NCBI GenBank assembly: GCA_043754515.1
Contig: JAYUUO010000028.1
Span: forward strand, 1-18,396
Length of the DNA stretch: 18,396 nt
Reading direction: 5' to 3'
DNA from: Armatimonadota bacterium
GTDB taxonomy: Bacteria; Armatimonadota; Armatimonadia; Armatimonadales; Armatimonadaceae
The notes under the pieces are model-generated. The model was not told the origin of the DNA. It was given only the letters and a program-made list of their open reading frames with translations, and made no database searches. The position numbers and the translations under genes were made by a program. Below, piece by piece: positions 15,105 through 18,396 of this stretch; position 1 is the first letter of the stretch; the number at the start of each line of letters is the position of its first letter.

Positions 15105-16106
15105 CTAATTCATCTTCACCGGCACCCCGCCTTGCGCCCCCGAACGCCAGGCGGCTTCCGTTAGTTCTATCGTCCGCAGACCGCAGATAGGCGGCGCGGC
15201 GGGCGCGGGCTGCTCCCCACGGATCGTGCGAACCCAGTCCTCGTCAATGTTGCGCGACGGCGGGAGGTTCGCGCCGTCAATCGTGGTGCGCGTGTTCTTC
15301 TCGTCAATCACTTCCAGCCGACCGTTGCGGTACAGGAACGCGCCGCGCTCGCACCAGATCGTGATGTCCTCGTGCCAGCCGACCACGGTATCCCCGACCA
15401 CGGTGATCGTGCCGTGTGCCCCGTTCGTCGCCGTGAATGCCACCGCCGAGTTCTGATCCACCGACGTTTCCCGGTTGTCAATGAATGCAGAGACGGACGC
15501 GACCGTCAGTCCCGTCGTCCACAAAATGATGTCGAGCAGATGCGACCCGGAATCGTTTAGCTGACCGCCGCCCGACAGCGCGGGGTCCTGACGCCATGTC
15601 CCGGCGGTGCTTTTTTTCCATGATTGGGTCTGTAGTGCCGAAACGAACGTCACCGGGCCAAGTTCGCCGGACGCGATCCGGTCCCGGATATAAACGAACT
15701 GCCCCTGTGCGTGCCGCTGATACGCCAGAGCGAACACCTTGGGATACGTCTCTATACGCGCCAGTAGCGCGTGCGCATCCCCGACCCGGCATACGAACGG
15801 CTTCTCGCACAGTATGTGCTTTCCGGCGTCCATAACCGCGTTCGCCTGCTCGAAATGGAGCGTGTGAGGCGTGTTGATCTGCACCGCGTCCACGTCGGCG
15901 CGGGCGAGTAGCTCCGCCTGCGTGCAACTGACCGCTCCGGCTAGGTAGTCGGGGAACTGCTTGCGGCACCGCTCGATGGCGTCTGGCGCAGTATCACACA
16001 GGGCAGTGACGGACACGCCTGGGATGTGCTGTAACTGGTTCAAGTGATGACGGGCGATCCCGCCGCAACCGATCAGGCCGATACGAACCGGCATGGCATC
16101 CGACAT
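15105..16106 (-). CDS. Gfo/Idh/MocA family NAD(P)-dependent oxidoreductase
   Basis: Start MSDAMPVRIGLIGCGGIA with RBS GAAGGAG. Motifs NTPHTLH, GKHILCEKP and SGGGQLNDSGSHLLD. Confidence 0.93.
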   Translation of the reverse strand: MSDAMPVRIGLIGCGGIARHHLNQLQHIPGVSVTALCDTAPDAIERCRKQFPDYLAGAVSCTQAELLARADVDAVQINTPHTLHFEQANAVMDAGKHILCEKPFVCRVGDAHALLARIETYPKVFALAYQRHAQGQFVYIRDRIASGELGPVTFVSALQTQSWKKSTAGTWRQDPALSGGGQLNDSGSHLLDIILWTTGLTVASVSAFIDNRETSVDQNSAVAFTATNGAHGTITVVGDTVVGWHEDITIWCERGAFLYRNGRLEVIDEKNTRTTIDGANLPPSRNIDEDWVRTIRGEQPAPAAPPICGLRTIELTEAAWRSGAQGGVPVKMN

Positions 16107-16129
16107 AATTGTTCTGGCTCCTTCGCGTG

Positions 16130-16159
16130 CCCACGGATTAAAACCGTGGGAGTGGCTAC
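16130..16159 (-). repeat. REP-like palindrome with GTAG foot
   Basis: The minus strand reads GTAG-CCACT-CCCACGG-TTTTAAT-CCGTGGG, a 7-bp perfect stem close to a GTAG tetranucleotide. Confidence 0.5.
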
Positions 16160-16296
16160 ATATACGGTTCGGCACAGGCGGGGTAGAACTCCTGCATAGA
16201 CGCGATAAAACCGGGTAGGTGGTCGCGCGGGGGGGACGGGGAACGCAGGAAGCCCTTGGCGGCATTGGTGTCACCGACTGAAATCGAACGCATCTC

Positions 16297-16944
16297 ATGT
16301 GTAAACCAGAAAACATTTACGAAGCTTCTTTCGCGCGGCTCGTTCTTGGCGCGTCGCCCGCCGCGCGTGGCGAAGCCGAAGCGCGTCTGCGGGAGCGGAT
16401 GTCGCCCGCGCGCCCGTACCACAACGCAGCTCATATCGAGGCTGTTCTAGACCGCGTATACGTTTGGACGGGCGGCGAACCACCCGCCGCGCTGGTCGCC
16501 GCCGCGCTATACCATGACGCGATTTACGATCCGACCCGACATGACAACGAGGCGGAGAGCGCGGCGCTCTGTCTTTTGGAACTAGCGTCACTCGGTGTCC
16601 CTGGCTCGATAGCGGAACGCGCCGCCGCGCTGATCGCGGTCACCGCGCGGCACGAGCCGGATGGCGCGGACGCCGACGCACTCGCTTTGTGCGACGCCGA
16701 CCTGTGGATTCTGGGTAGCGACCCGACGATGTACTCCGCGTATGTCGCCGCGATCCGCGCCGAGTACGCGCACGTTTCGGAAGACGCGTGGCGCACGGGC
16801 CGGGCACGGGTGCTCGAACACTTCTTGGAGCGAGAACGAATCTATCATGGCGGATTCTACGGCGCGGACGCTCGCGAAGCGCAAGCCCGCGCCAATTTAG
16901 CCAACGAAGTCGCCTCCCTCAAGCCGGACGGAACACGCGAATAA
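16297..16944 (+). CDS. Predicted metal-dependent phosphohydrolase, HD superfamily (COG4339-like)
   Basis: Motifs RPYHNAAHI, AALYHDAIYDP-x-x-x-DNEAESA, LCDADLWILG, AIRAEYAHV and GR-x-x-VL-x-x-FL-x-R-x-x-IY. Confidence 0.88.
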   Translation: MCKPENIYEASFARLVLGASPAARGEAEARLRERMSPARPYHNAAHIEAVLDRVYVWTGGEPPAALVAAALYHDAIYDPTRHDNEAESAALCLLELASLGVPGSIAERAAALIAVTARHEPDGADADALALCDADLWILGSDPTMYSAYVAAIRAEYAHVSEDAWRTGRARVLEHFLERERIYHGGFYGADAREAQARANLANEVASLKPDGTRE

Positions 16945-17014
16945 GACGCATGGCTCCGCGCCTAATACCACGACTTGGGGCGAGTACGTTGGGGTACGCC
17001 CTGCGGTTTGGCCG

Positions 17015-17596
17015 TCAGAAATCCTTGTGGAAATACTTCGACTTCACCACGGCGTAATAGTCCGCGTCGGCCAGAAACACCGCGAGGTAGCCGTTCAGGG
17101 AGCCGCGATTACAACCGTCCTCCCGGTCGCGGTCTTCTTGCCCGGTGTCTTCCCAACGGCAGGCGGGACAAATGTCATAAAACGAATCCTCCCGCATCGT
17201 CTTGAAGCCACTGCAGTCGCACGGGACCAGATCCTCGACGTCGCCTGACACCCGACAATATTGACCGAGGACGGAATACAAGAGGCTGGCGATGTACTGG
17301 TTCTTGACGCCTCTGAACTTGCCCGTATGGATAGTCAGCAGAGCGGCATTCGATACGTTCAGGCAGGCGGATGAGACACTTTCGGGCGCGGCGACACTGG
17401 GCGGATTTGTACGCGCGGAGTGTCCCGCGTCCTCTTCGTACTCATCCGTATCAATGAGGTTCCAGTCGAGAAGTATGTCGCGCTTTTCGTCGTCGGTGAG
17501 CACGGACCAGGCGGCGGTCGCGATCCGTGGCAACGCCGCCTCGCGGCTGATGGGTTCGTGTCGATCCTCAGACATTGTCGGTCTTTTCGGCTTCAT
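17015..17596 (-). CDS. CPCC-family cysteine-rich domain protein
   Basis: PCDCSGFKTM...YDICPACRWEDTG...GCNRGSL resembles the Cys_rich_CPCC pattern (CPCCG-x-x-T...IC-x-x-C-x-WEDDG...N-x-x-SL). Confidence 0.7.
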   Translation of the reverse strand: MKPKRPTMSEDRHEPISREAALPRIATAAWSVLTDDEKRDILLDWNLIDTDEYEEDAGHSARTNPPSVAAPESVSSACLNVSNAALLTIHTGKFRGVKNQYIASLLYSVLGQYCRVSGDVEDLVPCDCSGFKTMREDSFYDICPACRWEDTGQEDRDREDGCNRGSLNGYLAVFLADADYYAVVKSKYFHKDF

Positions 17597-17605
17597 CGCG
17601 GTACT

Positions 17606-18145
17606 TTACCCACCGACCGGGTCGAAGTCCAAACCTGTCAGACCCGCGTCAGTGACGAAATCCCGAAATGCGTCCGAGCAATATACGATACTGTCATACC
17701 CCGAGGGGCAAAACACGGGGCAGTTTACGATCGCTTCTTGTTTAAAGAATGGCGCCTTGATTGACCCGCGTACGGTGAGTAGTTTCGGTGTCGAGAACTT
17801 TGTTTTCTCCTCATCTAGACAGGCGATCACGGGCGGTTTGAGGATGTGCCACTCTTCGTCCGAGACTCTCGCCACGATGGATTGGAAGCTACCCGGGAAA
17901 CGCCCCACTAGCAATGATTTCGACCGGACATTCGCGAGCAGAAACCCGGTGATGAAACTCATAAAATCGCCTCGCTCCAATCGGTCGCATGCATAACCAA
18001 CAACCTCCGGGCATTCGTTGAGGGCGATGAGCCCCTTCGAGGCGTTCAGGAGTTGCCCGAATAAGAGACATTTCTCTCTGTCACTGTAGCTTCTATCTAG
18101 AGCGAAGCTACTGTAGTCGTTGCTGGAACTTATTTTGTAAACCAT
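17606..18145 (-). CDS. Imm11/DUF1629-like immunity protein
   Basis: Pattern GDF...LL-x-N...IACLDEEKTKF...I-x-x-P-x-F...VF...VYCSDAFRDFV-x-x-AGLTGLDF. Low GC: 25/60 G+C in bases 18061-18120. Confidence 0.65.
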   Translation of the reverse strand: MVYKISSSNDYSSFALDRSYSDREKCLLFGQLLNASKGLIALNECPEVVGYACDRLERGDFMSFITGFLLANVRSKSLLVGRFPGSFQSIVARVSDEEWHILKPPVIACLDEEKTKFSTPKLLTVRGSIKAPFFKQEAIVNCPVFCPSGYDSIVYCSDAFRDFVTDAGLTGLDFDPVGG

Positions 18146-18286
18146 AATGTCGCGATCATTTAGATGTCACTTTGTGGGCGAGCTTCCCGCACTCACGGTC
18201 GTGGGGGCGTCGGTTCCCCCGGATGCAGTTCGCGAGCGGGGAACCCTCCCGGTGATTACGTCATCGGTAGCTTAAAAATCGGCGGC

Positions 18287-18316
18287 TTGCCATCCTCGCG
18301 ACAAACCGCGTACAAT
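18287..18316 (+). promoter_or_regulatory. Sigma-70-type promoter of kdsB
   Basis: TTGCCA (18287-18292), 18-nt spacer, TACAAT (18311-18316), 17 nt before ATG 18334. Confidence 0.6.
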
Positions 18317-18333
18317 TCCCTTACCGAATGCCT

Positions 18334-18396
18334 ATGTCCCCAACCGCCGCCGTTATTATACCCGCTCGCCTCGCCGCTACCCGCCTTCCGAACAAG
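18334..18396 (+). CDS. kdsB: 3-deoxy-manno-octulosonate cytidylyltransferase, partial (runs off the right edge)
   Basis: Not in the ORF track. MSPTAAVIIPARLAATRLPNK matches the IIPAR-x-x-STRLP-x-K N-terminus of CMP-KDO synthetase. Only 21 codons are visible; an alternative ATG is at 18328. Confidence 0.75.
   Translation, partial: MSPTAAVIIPARLAATRLPNK

Noticed and set aside
17292..17996. 234-aa plus-strand ORF and the many other Arg/Pro/Ala-rich shadow ORFs across the window
   Set aside because: They are antisense or out-of-frame to well-supported genes, as expected in high-GC DNA.
18212..18245. GGTTCCCC...GGGGAACC inverted repeat resembling a type I-E CRISPR repeat or IS end
   Set aside because: Single copy, no spacers, no cas or transposase genes; it is treated as an unexplained hairpin.

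Overview
High-GC bacterial chromosomal window. A kdsB start implies a diderm cell, and the C-terminal beta-sandwich repeats in the secreted hydrolase suggest an Armatimonadota-like organism; this is inference only. Housekeeping and metabolic genes are a PfkB/LacC-type sugar-phosphate kinase, a PAS-PAS-GGDEF cyclase, a probable operon of adenosine-deaminase-family enzyme, nadD, rsfS, a Zn-ribbon/TPR membrane protein and a ClpP-like protease, a Gfo/Idh/MocA oxidoreductase, a COG4339-type HD hydrolase and partial kdsB. Accessory genes sit between these. The standout is a two-gene cassette at 4304-6100 (- strand): a small DUF4258/RelE-like putative RNase precedes a 486-aa protein that fuses a complete YhaM-type OB+HD 3'-5' exonuclease to an intact LexA/UmuD S24 self-cleaving peptidase (Ala-Gly site, catalytic Ser and Lys) with no HTH. 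This suggests a nuclease or toxin-antitoxin/defence module switched directly by RecA*. Other points of interest: a membrane-anchored ClpP with an apparent Ser-His-Glu triad, a consensus sigma-54 promoter next to a CRP-like box, an unlisted 34-aa membrane peptide, an RsfS with a long acidic tail, orphan immunity-like genes, and a truncated ECF-sigma-like ORF running into a DUF1573 fragment. No rRNA, tRNA, CRISPR array or transposase was seen. All family assignments come from motif recognition by eye, not database searches.
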